NCBI RefSeq assembly: GCF_009914755.1
Contig: NC_060928.1
Origin: the human T2T-CHM13v2.0 reference genome, Homo sapiens
Direction: 5' to 3' (one strand)
Length of the DNA stretch: 64,000 nt
The notes under the pieces were generated by a model. That model was not told the DNA's origin, did no database searches, and was given only the letters and a program-made list of their open reading frames with translations. The position numbers and the translations under genes were made by a program. Below, piece by piece: positions 1 through 12,439 of this stretch (positions are counted from its first letter, which is position 1; each line of letters starts with the position of its first letter).

Positions 1-371
1 CAGTTATGAGGACCCCATGTGGGGTACCTAACCTTAGCTGTTGAGCTCATTTCACTGAATCCGTTCCAAGCTCTCACTTAGGAGACTTCCCCTGAACTCC
101 TCCCCAGGGGTGGGGTCTGCAGCATCCCCTGCCCCGTCTGACCTCAAGCAGCTCTGTTTTCTGGGAATTCACCTCCTTGCAACTCAAAGAGAGCCTTGTT
201 AAGGTTGCTTCTGACCCTAGTCTCTGATCTTCCCAAGGGACATGGGGCTGGAGTGACATGACGCACTCAGCTCATGGCCCCATGACTCTCTAATGAGTTT
301 CACTCTGCCGTATTTTGTTTTTCCTGCTCTTATTAACTATTTATAACTCTTTCCTGAAGTGTCTGTACAAG

Positions 372-781
372 TATTATGGGCTGAATTGTGTCCCCCCAGA
401 ATTCATAAATTGAAGTCCTAACCCCAATCCAATACCTCAGAATATAACTGTATTTGGAGATAAAGTCTTCAAAAGGTAATTAAGTTAACATAAGGTCTTT
501 AGGGTATGCCCTAATCCAGTCTGTCTGGTGTCCTTTATAAGACACTAATACAGACACACTGGAAGATAAGGCTAGAAACATACACAGACAGAGGAATGAC
601 CATGGGAAGAGGGTGAGAAGGAAGCCATCTGCAAGCCAAGGATGGAAACTGCAGAAGAAACCAAGTCTGCTGACGCTTTGACCTCGGGCTTCACCTTTCA
701 GACTCTGAGAAAATGCATCTTTGTTGTTTAAGCCACACATTTTGGGTTATTTTGTTATGCCAGCCACGGAAAACTAACACA
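372..781 (+). mobile_element. MaLR solo LTR, MLT1B-like
   Basis: Starts TATTATGGGCTGAATTGTGTCCCCCCAGAATTC and ends AAACTAACACA. It is flanked by an exact 5-bp TSD ACAAG (367-371 / 782-786), the typical MaLR TSD length. Confidence 0.9.
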
Positions 782-1326
782 ACAAGTTTTATTTTATTTC
801 TTTATGTTTTCAGTAGTTTTCAGTTTGGGTTCAGCCCTGACTCTTAGGGCTTCATTGTCTTATTAAATTGTGAGAGTTTTCTAAGTATTCTAGATATAAG
901 TTTTTGACAGAAATTTTAATTGAGAATATTTTCTCCCATTCTGTGGTTAGCCTGTTTAGTTGCTTAATGGTATCTTTCAAAATGAAAATGTTTTTCATTT
1001 TGACGAAGTTCTATTTATCATGTTTTTATTTCAGAGTTTTTGTTTTTATGTTAAGATTTTCTTCTATGTTTTCTTCTGAATGTTTTATAGATTAGCTTTC
1101 ATATTTAAGTTAATGATCCATTTCAAGTTGACATTTAAATACGGTCAAAATTTTAAAAATTATTTTTTTCTATATGAATACCTATTTGTTCTGAAACCAT
1201 GTTGGAAAAGATTTTACTTTTCCCATTGAATTGCCTTGGCATCTTCACTGACAATCAAATAAACCTATATATGTAGGTCTATTTCTGAATTATTTGTTTC
1301 CTGGATCTAAACCTATTCTCCTCTGT

Positions 1327-1647
1327 AAGCCCTCCCTGGACTGATGATGGGGTTATATCCCAAAAAACCTATGATAAGTTGAAAATATAGTAAGTTGAAA
1401 ATGCATTTAAAGCACCTAACCTACCAAACATTATAGCTTAGTCTAATCTACCTTAAACATGCTCAGAACACTTACACTAACCTACACTTGGGCAAAATAA
1501 TCTAACACAAAGCTTACTTTATAATAAAGTATTGAATATCTCGTGTAATATTTTAATACTACATATTATGCCAAAATCAGGATGGTTTTGTGCCATCATA
1601 AAGTTGAAAAATTTTAAGATGAACTCTCATAAGTGGGGGACCATTTG
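1327..1647 (+). mobile_element. TcMar-Tigger non-autonomous DNA transposon, MER47A-like
   Basis: GATGGGGTTATATCCC...AAGTTGAAAATGCATTTAA...ACCTAACCTACC...GCTCAGAACACTTACA...AAGTGGGGGACCATTTG matches the recalled MER47A consensus; it interrupts the L1M. Confidence 0.75.
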
Positions 1648-2200
1648 CATGTCTATTCTTTCCCCAATACCACTCTATTTTTAACTCTTATACCTTTAAA
1701 GTGAGTCTTGAAATCAAATAGTGTTAGTCCTCAAGGTTTGTTCTTTTTCTTTTTTAAAGCTTTGATTATCCTAGATAATTTGAATTAGTTTGTCAAATTC
1801 TATCCAAAAAGTATGCTGAAGTTTTGATTAGGGTTACTTTAAATCTACAGATAAATTTGGGGAGAATTTACGTCATAATAATGTAAAATCGTCCAATCCA
1901 TGAGAGCAGTATGTCCTTCATTTATTTTGGTCTTTAGTTACTCTCAGCAATGTTTGACACTTTTCAGTCTGCAGATTTCATACATATTTGTTAAATTTTC
2001 CCTGAAATATTTCTTGGTTTTGATTGCTGTAATAAATTGAATTGTATCTTTTAGCTTCTTTTTTTCAATTGTGTTTAGCTAGTAAATTGAAATAATGTCA
2101 TTATATATTGACCTTTTTTACCCAGCTAAATTTACTTGCTAATGCCAATAGATCTTTCTTAGATTCCTTATGATTTTCTATGTACACAATCATGTCATCT

Positions 2201-3028
2201 TGTTATGAATTGAATGTGCCACCCAAAAAGATACTTCGAGTTCTAATACACATTCATACCTGTGAATATGACCTTATTTGGTGAGATGGTCTGGCTCTGT
2301 GTCCCCACCCAAATCTCATCTTGAATTGTAATCCAAATTGTAATCCGAAGTTGGGGGAGGGACTTCGTGGGAGGTGATTAGATCATCGGGGCAGTTCCTT
2401 CATGCTGTTCTCGTGATAGTGTGTGAGTTCTCACAAGATCTCATGATTTCATAAGGGGCATCTTCCTGCTTCACTCTGCACTTCTCTCTCCTGCTGCCTT
2501 GTGAAGAAGGACATGTTTGCTTCCCCTTCTGCCATGATTGTAAGTTTCATGAGGCCTACCCCGTCATGCTCATGCGGAACTGTGAGTCAATTAAACCTTC
2601 TTCCTTTATAAATTACCCAGTCTCAGGTATTTCTTCATAGCAGTGTGAGAAGGAACTGACACATTTGGAAATAGAATCTTTGCAGATTTAATCAAGTTAA
2701 GAGAGGTCATTAGGGTGGATCTTGATTCAATATGACTGATGCCTTTGTAAGAAGGTGGCCATATGAAGACACAGACACACGGAGAGAACATCATGTAAAG
2801 CTGGAGGCAAGGATTGGAATTATACAGCTGCAAGACAAGGAATGTCAAAGATTGACAGCCACCACCAGAAGCTGGGAAGAACAAGACCAGACCTTTCCCT
2901 GGAAATGTTGGGGGATCATTGTTCTGTCAATACCTTGATTTTGGACTTTTAGCCTGAAAAATACCTTCTTTTGTTTTAAGCCACCCAGTTATTGGTACTT
3001 GGTTATAAAACCTCTCGGAAATTAATAT
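2201..3028 (+). mobile_element. MaLR LTR, MLT1C-like, split by a THE1 LTR
   Basis: TGTTATGAATTGAATGTG...TGTGAATATGACCTTATTTGG | AAATAGAATCTTTGCAGAT...TTTTAAGCCACCCAGTT; the two halves are contiguous once 2282-2668 is removed. Confidence 0.85.
2282..2663 (+). mobile_element. THE1D-like solo LTR nested in the MLT1C LTR
   Basis: TGAGATGGTCTGGCTCTGTGTCCCCACCCAAATCTCATCTTGAATTGT...GCAGTGTGAGAAGGAACTGACACA; exact 5-bp TSD TTTGG (2277-2281 / 2664-2668). Confidence 0.92.
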
Positions 3029-3329
3029 TCAAGTGTAAAAAAGATAATTTTTCTTTCTTTCTTCTCAATCTGTATGCCTTTGATTTTCTTATGACATTAT
3101 AGTGGCTAGAACATCTAGTAGAACATGGAATAGAAGTGAGGTGAATATATGTTCTTGCCTTGATCCTGATCTCAGAGACTATTTATTCAGACTTTGACCA
3201 TAACATATGATGTTGCCTGTGGGTTTTTTTCTAGGTGACTTCTATCAGTTTGAGAAACGTCCACTGTCTTCTTAATTTGCTAAGAATTTATTGAATTTTA
3301 TCAAATACATCTATTTAGATAATCGTATA

Positions 3330-3929
3330 CATTAATCCCTTAGTATCCTGGGGAATTGGTTCCAGGATCTCTCAAGGATACCAAAATCTGCAGATGTTCA
3401 AGTGCCTGATATAAAATGGTGTAGTATTTGCATATAACCTATGCACATTCTCACATATACTTTTTATCATCTCTAGAATACTTATAATACCTAATATAAT
3501 ATAAACAGTTGTTATACTTTTTTTTGTTTTGTTTTGTTTAAGACAGGGTCTTGCTGTGTCATTTATGTTGGAATGCAGTGATACAATCATAGCTCACTGC
3601 AGCCTTAAACTCTTGGGCTCAAGCAATCCTTCCACCTCAGCCTACCAATAAGCTGAGACTACAGATGTGTGCCACCCTGAATGGCTAATGTTTTAGTTTT
3701 TGTAGAGATGGGGTCTTGCTATGTTGCCCAGGCTGGTCTTGAGCTCCCAGTCTCAAGTGATCCTTCTTCCCTAGCCTCACAATCATACTGTATTGTTTAG
3801 GAAATAATGACAAGAAAAAATATCTGTATATTCTCAGTACTGACCACATTCTTTTTTGAAATATTTTCAATTTATGATTGGTTTAGTCCACAGATGTGGA
3901 ATCCTCAGACATCCTCGGATGTCTGACTG
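3330..3929 (+). mobile_element. MER2 (TcMar-Tigger) DNA transposon, interrupted by an Alu
   Basis: TCCCTTAGTATCCTGGGGAATTGGTTCCAGGA...GGATACCAAAATCTGCAGATG...GTATTTGCATATAACCTATGCAC...AATAATGACAAGAAAAAA...GACTG. Confidence 0.85.
3519..3784 (-). mobile_element. AluJ-like element, 5'-truncated
   Basis: Poly-T tail then AGACAGGGTCTTGC...ATCATAGCTCACTGCAGCCTT...GGGCTCAAGCAATCCT (AluJ-type diagnostics); lacks the Alu 5' end; short duplication ATACT on both sides. Confidence 0.9.
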
Positions 3930-4299
3930 TGGTTTTTCTCTTCTATCCTTTAAGATGATGATATATTTACAAATGTTAAACCAACTTTGAATTGCAGGAA
4001 TAAATCTTACTTTGTCAGAGCGTATTATTCTTTTTATATATTTTCTTATTGAGTTGGAAAATTCTGAATTTTTAATAGATTTTTGTGTGTATAGTCTGTA
4101 GTTTTCTTTGTTAGGAATGTCTTTTTCTGGATTTGGTATTAATTTAATGCCATCCTCATAAGATGGTCTATCTGAGTGAATGTTCAAACTTCAGAAAAAT
4201 AAACACTTTGCAATTATTATCTAAGATGATTGATAGTGTTGATCAAATCTTCAAGGGCCTTATTGGCTATTTTCTCTAGTTGTTCTACTAAAGGCTCAC

Positions 4300-5265
4300 A
4301 GTGTCTAGATTAGAATCATCCTACAAAACATCACCCCAGTCCAAGAGACCCCTTTCAAGGTAAAATAAGTGAGACAATGGACATTTGATAATAGAATCCA
4401 CTAATCTTGCCATATATGGAAGGATTGGGAAGCTGTTGTTTTGTTAGACTGTCAGAATAGCTTCGTAAAGATGTAGCTAAGGCTTTGGCTTGATGATGAC
4501 ACCTTGTAGAGTTGAGAGTCTAACCTTCAAAAGGCAATATATACTTTAAATCTGTGACCATTATATGGAGCTATGTCATAGCTAGAATATATGGTTTCAG
4601 AATCAAGGGTAGAAGGGCTCTTCTGTATTAGAGGCCCTGATTCCTGGGTGTTGGGTCAGGAATTAAGAGACAATATTAAGAGTTCTACTAAATAAGAGAC
4701 AGGAATTAAAAGGCAATATTAAGAGTTCTGCTAAAGTACGACTGCCTCCTGGTCACTTTGGATTCTTTATGCCCACATAACCAAAATAAAAGAAAGGAGT
4801 TTCCTATACTAACTGGAGAAATTGACACTAATTAGCATGAGGAGATAGGATTGATGCTGCATTTTAGAGGAGGAAGGATTACGGAGCTCCAAAGATGCAC
4901 TCCAGTGCATGTTAGCGCTTTCATGGCTCATGATAGTACTAAGTGGGCAATTACAGTAACTACTGTTTGACAGAGGCACGGTTGCCAGAGGCTCTAACTC
5001 CTCAAGAATGAGGCCTGTGTTATGCCACTGAGAAAGCAAACTAGAACACTAGAAGTAATATCTGTGGATGAGGATTACCAGAAAAGAAGGAAATGAAGGA
5101 AGTAAGGAAGCAGTTGATAAATGTTAGTTGAATCATTGAGTCCAACAGATGCAGCAGAGACTGCATCCAGTTCCACAAATTCTGCTACTGTAATCCTTTT
5201 TATTATAAATTATTATCAGAAATCATATTAGAAGCAGTAACAGGACAGAATAAACTTATTGGAGG
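4300..5265 (+). mobile_element. ERVL-class (HERV16/ERV3-16A3-like) internal remnant: integrase 3' half and dUTPase-like region
   Basis: Degenerate similarity to ERVL pol: GAATCCACTAATCTTGCCAT..., CCATTATATGGAGCTATGTC...CAGAATCAAGGGTAGAAG, and ACTGCCTCCTGGTCACTTTGGA (LPPGHFG, dUTPase-like); many stops and frameshifts. Confidence 0.7.
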
Positions 5266-5269
5266 CACA

Positions 5270-5676
5270 AGTGGATCTGAATGGTCCTCCCATCATCAAC
5301 CCCGCCTTTCCAGGATTAACATCACACTTTCAGCAGATGCAACTTTTTGACTTGCTTGGTAATCAGAACTGTGTGACAGCCCAGAAGTGCCAGGGAATTG
5401 ACTCCCCTCAAGAGCAGTTCTTAACCAATTACTAGTGGGAGTTGGCACATAAACATTTAAGCTCCTTTGCCCCTCAAGTGGATCAAGCATCATTGGCTTC
5501 TAGAGTTCCCACGGGACAAATTTTCACTTACACACCATGGTAATTTGCTTATAAAATATCTTTATTCAGTTTCCTATTTCTCTACTGGTGCTTTTTGGGG
5601 ATCACTTTCCAATTGAACTTGTTGCATTTTATGCCTTGTCTCAAGGCTTGCCTCTAGGAAAATATAAATAATGACA
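5270..5676 (+). mobile_element. LTR16C-like 3' LTR of the preceding ERVL remnant
   Basis: CCAGAAGTGCCAGGGAATTGACTCCCC...CAGTTCTTAACCAAT...GGGAGTTGG...CCTTGTCTCAAGGCTTGCCTCTAGGAAA...ATGACA resembles LTR16C. Confidence 0.7.
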
Positions 5677-6279
5677 ACATGTCTTTCAAAATGGAAAATT
5701 CATCATAGTGTACCTCAGATAATTGGACCCCTAAAACTTCATGCATGTGCCAGGCCTCTGAACATTTTTAGGTTTTATGTACTGGCACACATGCGTCTTA
5801 CTATGGTGTCCAAAATACTTTCCAATTCCCACTCACAAAATATGATTAATCAGCCTCATCATCTCATATAAAAAAGCACTCTTTATTACCTACGTCTAAT
5901 ATAAAGTGAAGGCATGCCATGAGTCCCATTTCGGATGAGGGCTATTGAGATATTTAAAAACTTGTACAGACCTTACATATTGGCTATAGTGCTGGAGAAG
6001 ATTCTTGAAGGTCCCATGGCTGGCCACGTGTAAATCTTTGTTTGTGGATCATCAGCAGGCCCAGGGCTCCTGGGGAAGCAGTGAGGTAGGCAGGGCAGCA
6101 GCAGAGCACTTGAGGGGAAAGCAAAAGGAGCAAGGAGGCGGTGGAGGCAGAGACACTAAGAGCACTTGAGCCTTTGTGTCCAAAGCAAGAACTACTTCTG
6201 GATTTTTAGTCAAATTTCTTCAAAGCCAGTTTGAAATGAGCTTTCTTTCTGTCTCTGTAAAATAAATTATTGTAGCTGA

Positions 6280-7032
6280 TTAGCCACCCAAGCTAGAATC
6301 TAAGAACTCACCCTCAGTTCTTTCTCTCTCTCTCTCATAGCCCAGATGTTGTCAGTTTTATCTTTTAAATGTTTCTTCAATTCACTCTCTCCCTTCTGGT
6401 CCTACTAATATTGCACTCTTTAAGACTTTCATTATCTTTGCCTGTTATTTTAGCTGCCTCTTAATTGATCCTGCTGTTTCTAGTCTTATCTTTCTCAAAT
6501 TCACACTTCTTCTATCCAAACTTGACCATGTAATTCCCCTTTTTAAAATTATTCAACTGCCCTCCATCACTACAAAATAATGTGGCATGATTTAATAATC
6601 TATTTGGCTCTCTCTTTTCCTTCATCTCTCCACATTGCAGCTTTGCCTTTAGGTTCAGTAATATCAAACTGCACGTGTTTCCTGCCATATATCATGTGCT
6701 TTCTTGTCTTCATACTTTTACTTATAATTTTCTCCTCCCTGGCTAATGTCCATGTACATATTTCTCCTCCCTGGCTAGTGTCATAGCTTAGCCATCGTCT
6801 CTCTCTCTGGAAACTTTCTGGAAATCCCCATGCTGAGTTGGATGACTCTTCCTATGTGATCCCAGAAGAGTTTGTGAACATCTCCATCATTTCATTGACC
6901 ACACTGTGGTATAAGTATCTATTTACATGTCTTTACCACCCACCCCACTCCCCAGGTACTTGAGAAAGAAGTTGTATCCCAAAGTCAGGCATATGGCAGA
7001 TATTCATTAAATATTTGCTAAATGAATAAATG
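6280..7032 (+). mobile_element. L2 LINE 3' remnant
   Basis: CACCCAAGCTAGAATCT..., pyrimidine-rich body, and typical L2 3' end ATTCATTAAATATTTGCTAAATGAATAAATG. Confidence 0.75.
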
Positions 7033-7257
7033 CATATACATGTGATCATAAAACACAAGAAAAATATACTTTAAAATACAGAAGCCCCCAAACATATTTT
7101 GAGTAATGTCAGCCCTATTGGTATAAGGACTGATATCCAAAAGACCCTTTTGAGTATAACAAAGTACTTTTGAATAGATATTTGTTAAGAACAAAATTAG
7201 CTATATTAATTTGTGGACATAGTTGTGGTGAAAGCATAGATTAAAACATAAATTATT

Positions 7258-7576
7258 GGCCGGGTACAATGGCTCACACCTGTAATCCCAGCACTTTGGG
7301 AGGCTGAGGTGGGAGGATCACTTTGGGAGGTCAGGAGTTCAAGACCAGCCTGGCCAACATGTTAAAACTCCATCTCTACTAAAATATAAAAATTAGCCGG
7401 GCATGGTGGCTTGCATGCCTATAATCCCAGCTGGTCGGGAGGCCAAGGCAAGAGGATTGCTTGAACCTGAGAGGCAGAGATTGCAGTGAGCCGAGTTATG
7501 CCACTGCACTCCAGCCTGGGTGGCAGAGCAAGACGTCTCAAAAAATATAAAACAAACAAAAACAAAACAAGCAAAA
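7258..7576 (+). mobile_element. Alu (AluJb/AluSz age), full-length
   Basis: GGCCGGGTACAATGGCTCACACCTGTAATCCCAGCAC...A-rich tail; TSD approximately AAAACA(A)TAAATTATT on both sides. Confidence 0.95.
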
Positions 7577-8329
7577 AAAACAATAAATTATTGTTATATC
7601 TTGAAACTATTAGAAAAGCAATTCTTGAAAGTACAACATGTAACAATTATGCAAATTGAAGTCACTCATGTTTTATTACTCCCTTTGTCCCATGAAGCCA
7701 ATATAAAAACTGCTAAGAACGTTTTTGATTAAATAACAAGTATTTTTCAACAAGTTAGGCCCTACTCAGATGAATGGAAGAGGATTAATAAATGTTTTCT
7801 TGAACGCTCATGGCATTCAGTCAAGTGAGTACATCCAGAATCTAATAAATTTCAAATAAGAAATGTGTATCAGTGAGCCATTATGTTCCCTGTTACCAGT
7901 TGCAGGGCATTGTAAGAAAAACAACAATATTATTTAATTTTTGATAAAAACATATGCTAATATACCTACAAAAGCCTGAAAATGCTTTCCTTTTAGGTGT
8001 TAATTAAGGAATTATTATTTCTTATAAGTCATACATTAAGAGATCAAAAGTATTAGAATAAAGTGAATTAATATTTTAAAGGTATTAATAATTCATTTTT
8101 TACATCTTTCCCTTCTCATCAATATAAAGGCATAAAAAGACAGTGTTTTATTGTTAATATCACATAATAAGGTTAACAAACCAAAATTTAGTTCTCACTT
8201 TAAATATTTTGCTGAACTGTGGTTTATAACTTAAGAGTTTTATTAAAAAAAACAGGTAATGATGTAGGTTAGCCTCTAGAGGAATTATTTTTCTGAAAGG
8301 ATTTTTTTTGTAAGTGTACTCTTTAAACA

Positions 8330-9255
8330 TGGGCAAGCACTTAATTGAATACCTACTATGTGGGTAACCCAATACAAAAATAAAGAAATATATGTTTAGT
8401 TTCTTAACAGTTGAATGTCTAATGAGGGATCAGATTCATAACTAAATATTTATAATAAAATGTAGAAGTTCTGTAAAAAATAAATATGAAAACCGCAGAA
8501 ACACAGATAAAGGTCCTTGTACTAATTTGATCAAATGGAGATTGAGATCAACTCTAGAATTGTAGAAGAGGTATTAGAAAATCAACACAGGGTTTGTTTC
8601 TGTTATCAGAGGTAAGAACCTCAAATTTTATTTTTGTTTCAACGATCTAGTGTTCTCTACTAAACCTAATATTCAACCATTCACTACAGTTTGTTGAGTA
8701 TATAATGGGTGCCAGGTAAATGCTAGGTACTAAGGATCAACTAGTGAAGAAGAGCTCCCCGAAAGTGCAGAGCCGGCTTCAGGTGGAAGAGGCAGGTGTG
8801 TGTGTAAGCTATTCTAGCACAAGTTGCCAAGTACTATGAAAGAAAAAGTATAGGCATCTGAATAATATTAGATAGGAAGCTTAACCCAGATTGGGCAGCA
8901 GGGATGGCTTTTCTAGACAGAAGTATTTCTAAGCAGAGATAGCTGGAATTTATAGAATATACATATACTGAGAACATTCTAATAAGAAAAAAATATCATA
9001 TGTTCAGACCTGAAGGCAAAAAGGAGCATGGCTTACTAAGGGGATTGAAACAAAGATATGCAATTTTATCTGGCTCTTAAGGACTAAGGAACGGGAGAGG
9101 TCAACACTAAGGCTAGAGAGGTAAATAGGGTTTGCAAGCCTGGTCTAGAGTTGGGACTTTGACCTAGGGGCAAGGAAAAATAGGAAGAATGACTTGATTC
9201 AAACAATGTTTTAGGAAGATACTCCAGTTGCAGGGTGAGGACAGAATTAGAGTCA
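8330..9255 (-). mobile_element. L2 remnants (two 3'-end fragments)
   Basis: CAAGCACTTAATTGAATACCTACTATGTG (~8335) and ATTCAACCATTCACTACAGTTTGTTGAGTA...GTGCCAGGTAAATGCTAGGTACTAAGGAT (~8670), followed by a purine-rich L2 body. Confidence 0.6.
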
Positions 9256-9554
9256 GGCCAAGAAGGAAAGCAGAGGGATACTTTGTCCCACACAGAGTAC
9301 AAAGGGAGCTAAAGATTTTTGGGTGGCTCCAATTTCTTTCCATATTGTCGCTACCTCAGTTTCCAGACATGGGGACTTCCTTCTAGGGGTGAAACTTGTA
9401 GCAATTCCTTCTCTGACCCTCCCTTTTTCAATCTTTTTTCCCACCCATCCCCACAGTCCTCTGAATCCCTCATAGCGGCTTTCCTGGCCTTTGGCCATCC
9501 CTTTCTTGATCCCACTGCCCCATTCTCCCAGAGTGGCAGAGAAGGCCAAGTTAG

Positions 9555-11859
9555 GACCATGACACTATCATCTGTTTGGCTTCTGGGGTGGCCTCATGGA
9601 GCTTTAACTCATGGTGGATGGTGAAGCAGGAACAGGCTCATTACATGCTGAAAGCAGGAACAAGAGGGTTGGTGGAGGCTGGCTGCGGGGACAGGGAAGT
9701 TACCACAAACTTAAACAACCAGATCTTGTGAGAACTCACTCACTATTGCGAGGACAGCACCAAGCCAAGAGGGATCCACCCCCATGACCCAAACACCTCC
9801 CACCAGGCCTCTCCTCCAACATTGGAGATTACAATTCAATTAGAGATTTGGCAGGGATATATATTCAAACTATCTTTCTGCCCTTGGCCCACTAAATCTT
9901 GTGTCCTCCTTACATTGCACAATATAATCATGCCTTCTCAACAATCCCCCAAAATCTTAGTTCAGCATCAACTCAATCAAAAGCCTGAGGTCCAAAGTCC
10001 AAAGTCTCATTTGCAAAGGAGTTCCTTCCACCTGTGCATCTATAAAATCAAATCCCAAGATACAGTGGGTGTACAGGCATCTGGTAAACATTCTCATTCT
10101 AAGAGGGAAAAATTGGCTAAAAGAAAGGGGGTACAGGACCCACACAAGTTCAAAACACAATAGGGCAGTCATTAAATCTTAAGGCTCCAAAACAATCTCC
10201 TCTGATTCCATGTCCCACACTGAGGGCACACTGAAGCAAGGGGTGCACTCCCAAGGCCTTGGGCAGCTCCACCCTTCTGGCTGTTCCTCACTGAAGTTAC
10301 AAGCCGCTTGTGGCTCTAACATTCAGGGATCTGGAGGGTGGTGGCCTTTTTCCCACAGCTCTACTAGGCATTGCCCCAGTGGGGACCCTGTGTGGGGGCT
10401 CCAATCCCACATTTCCCCTCCACACTTCTCTAGTAAAGGTTTTCTGTGAGTGCTTCTTCTCCTCACAGCAGGCTTCTGCCTGGGCACCCAGGGTTTCTCA
10501 TACATCCTCTGAAATCTAGGCAGAGGCTGCCAAGCCTCCTTCACTTTGGTACTCTGTGCTCTCACAGGCTTAACACCACATGGAAACAACCAAGGCTTAT
10601 AGCTTGTGGCCTCCAGCAAACAGTGGCTGAGCTGTACCTGGGTGCCTTTGAGCTAAAGCTGGATCTGGAGCAGCCTGGATGCCAAGAGCAGTGTCCTGAG
10701 GCTGTGCAAGGCAGCAGGGCTGTAGGCCTGGCCCACAAAACCATTCAGTCCCCCTAGGCCTCAGGGCCTGTGATGAGAGGGGCTGCCTCAGAGATCTCTG
10801 AAATGCCTTTGAGACCTTTTTCCCATTGTCTTGGCTATCAGCACCTGGTTCCTTATTAGTTATGCAAATCTTTCTAGCAAGTGGTTGCTCCACAGCCTGC
10901 TTGGATTTCTCTCCCCAAAAAAGCTTTTTCTTTCTCTGCCATATGGCCAGGCTTCAAATTTTCCAAATGTTTACACTCTGCTATCATTTTGAATATAAAT
11001 TCCAACTTTTAGTCATTTCTTTGCTCCCACATCTGAGTTAGGTTGTTAGAAGCAGCCAGGCCATATCTTGAACACCTTGCTGCTTAGAAATTTCTTCTGC
11101 TTGGTACACTAAATCATCACTCTGAAGTTCAAACTTCCACAGATACTTAGGGTATGAACTGAATGCAGCTAAACTCTTTGCTAAGGCATAATATGCATTA
11201 CTTTTGCTGTAGTTACCAATAAGTTCCTCATTTCCATTTGAGACCTTATCAGCCTGGACTTCACTGTCCTTATCACTATCAGCATTTTGGTCACAACCAT
11301 TTAACAAGCCTCTAAGAAGTTCCAAACTTTCCCTCATTTTTCTCTCTTTTTCTGAGCCTTTTAAACTCTTCCAAACTCTGTCTTTTATCCAGTTCCAAAG
11401 CTGCTTCCCCATTTTCAGTTATCTTTATAGCAACTCTTCTGGAACCAGTTTTCTGTATTAGGCCATTTTTCCATTGCTATAAGTACCTGAAGCTGGGTAG
11501 TTTATAAATGCAAGAGGCTTAATTGGCTCATGCTTCTACGGTCTGTACAATCATGGTGCTGGCATCTACTTGGTTTTTGCGGGGGACTTACTGAGCTTTT
11601 ACTCATGGTGGAAGGCAAAATGGGAGCAGGCACGTCGCTTGATGAAAGTAGGAGCACGAGAAAGAGTGAGGTGGGGGGTGCTACACACTTAAACAACCAG
11701 ATCTTGTGAGAACTCACTCAGTATTGTGAGACTAGCACCAAGCTATGAGGGATCTCCATGATCCCCATGATACAAACACTTCCACCAGGCCCCACCTCCA
11801 ACAATGAGGATTACAATTTAACATAAGTTTTGGTAGGGATGAATATTCAAACTCTATCA
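9555..11859 (-). mobile_element. MST-family (MSTA1/MSTB-like) MaLR provirus: LTR - internal - LTR
   Basis: Two homologous LTRs (about 9555-9875, truncated, and 11454-11859) share CTTAAACAACCAGATCTTGTGAGAACTCACTCA and ...ATATTCAAAC. The internal region 9876-11453 matches MST/THE1-int. Confidence 0.92.
11038..11412 (-). pseudogene. MaLR internal gag-like ORF fragment
   Basis: WKSLKGSEKERKMRESLELLRGLLNGCDQNADSD...GNEELIGN...LWKFEL..DDL.Y.AEEISKQQ.VQD.AWLLL is the characteristic THE1/MST-int ORF; it is truncated by stops. Confidence 0.8.
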
Positions 11860-12439
11860 ACCTCCAATTAACTTTTTAAAAAATAACCCTTTTATGATAT
11901 GAATATTCCCTTCCACCCCTTTGTATGTCCACACTGAGAGTGGATAGAGAGTGGGATGTCCTATGTGAAGTTGAGGAGAAAAAAAAAATCCTCCAGACAC
12001 ACAACAACATATGAATTAAACTAATGTTCTTAAATAACTAATGTCCAAAATGTACTATTGCATTTTCTATTTCAAAGCCAAAGGCGGAAAACAAAAAAAG
12101 CTTCAATATCTTACCAAGTTATGCAAAGAAGAATTTCCCCAACAGTATAAATCTGTGAACTTGTTCACTGAATGATATGAAATAAAAATTCTAAAATTGG
12201 GCATTTTATCACCAGATCCATACCTTACTGAGTCACCAGCAAAGGTTAGCTTATGTTTGGACAGGAAAGTTTGCTGTGACAAATGAAGCAGGTTTATCAA
12301 ATTAGCTGTACTTGGTGGAGTGCCAGCTTAACACAACTTTTTTTTCCCTCACCTCAGCTCTATAAACCCGTGTTTTAGGCTCTTATCCCCTGTGCCTGAC
12401 CAATATATTAGACAAAGACCACAGCCTTCCAGTGCCTTT

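Larger units (their letters stand above)
855..4295 (-). mobile_element. Old L1M (L1ME/L1MC-type) ORF2 remnant, fragmented by nested insertions
   Basis: Antisense L1 ORF2-like sequence in pieces (about 855-1325, 1648-2200, 3030-3329, 3930-4295). ORF 3867..4187(-) translates to IKLIPNPEKDIPNKENYR...IKRIIRSDKVRFIPAIQSWFNICK, resembling L1 RT (ITLIPKPGRDTTKKENFR...[24 protein letters not shown]). Confidence 0.85.

Noticed and set aside
1-366. GC-richer start of the window as a promoter or exon
   Set aside because: There is no CpG enrichment or recognisable motif set, and it is truncated by the window edge; it is probably old repeat-derived but cannot be assigned.
9822-11041. Cluster of overlapping 60-113 aa ORFs on both strands
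   Set aside because: All lie in the GC-richer MST internal region; these are chance or decayed TE frames.
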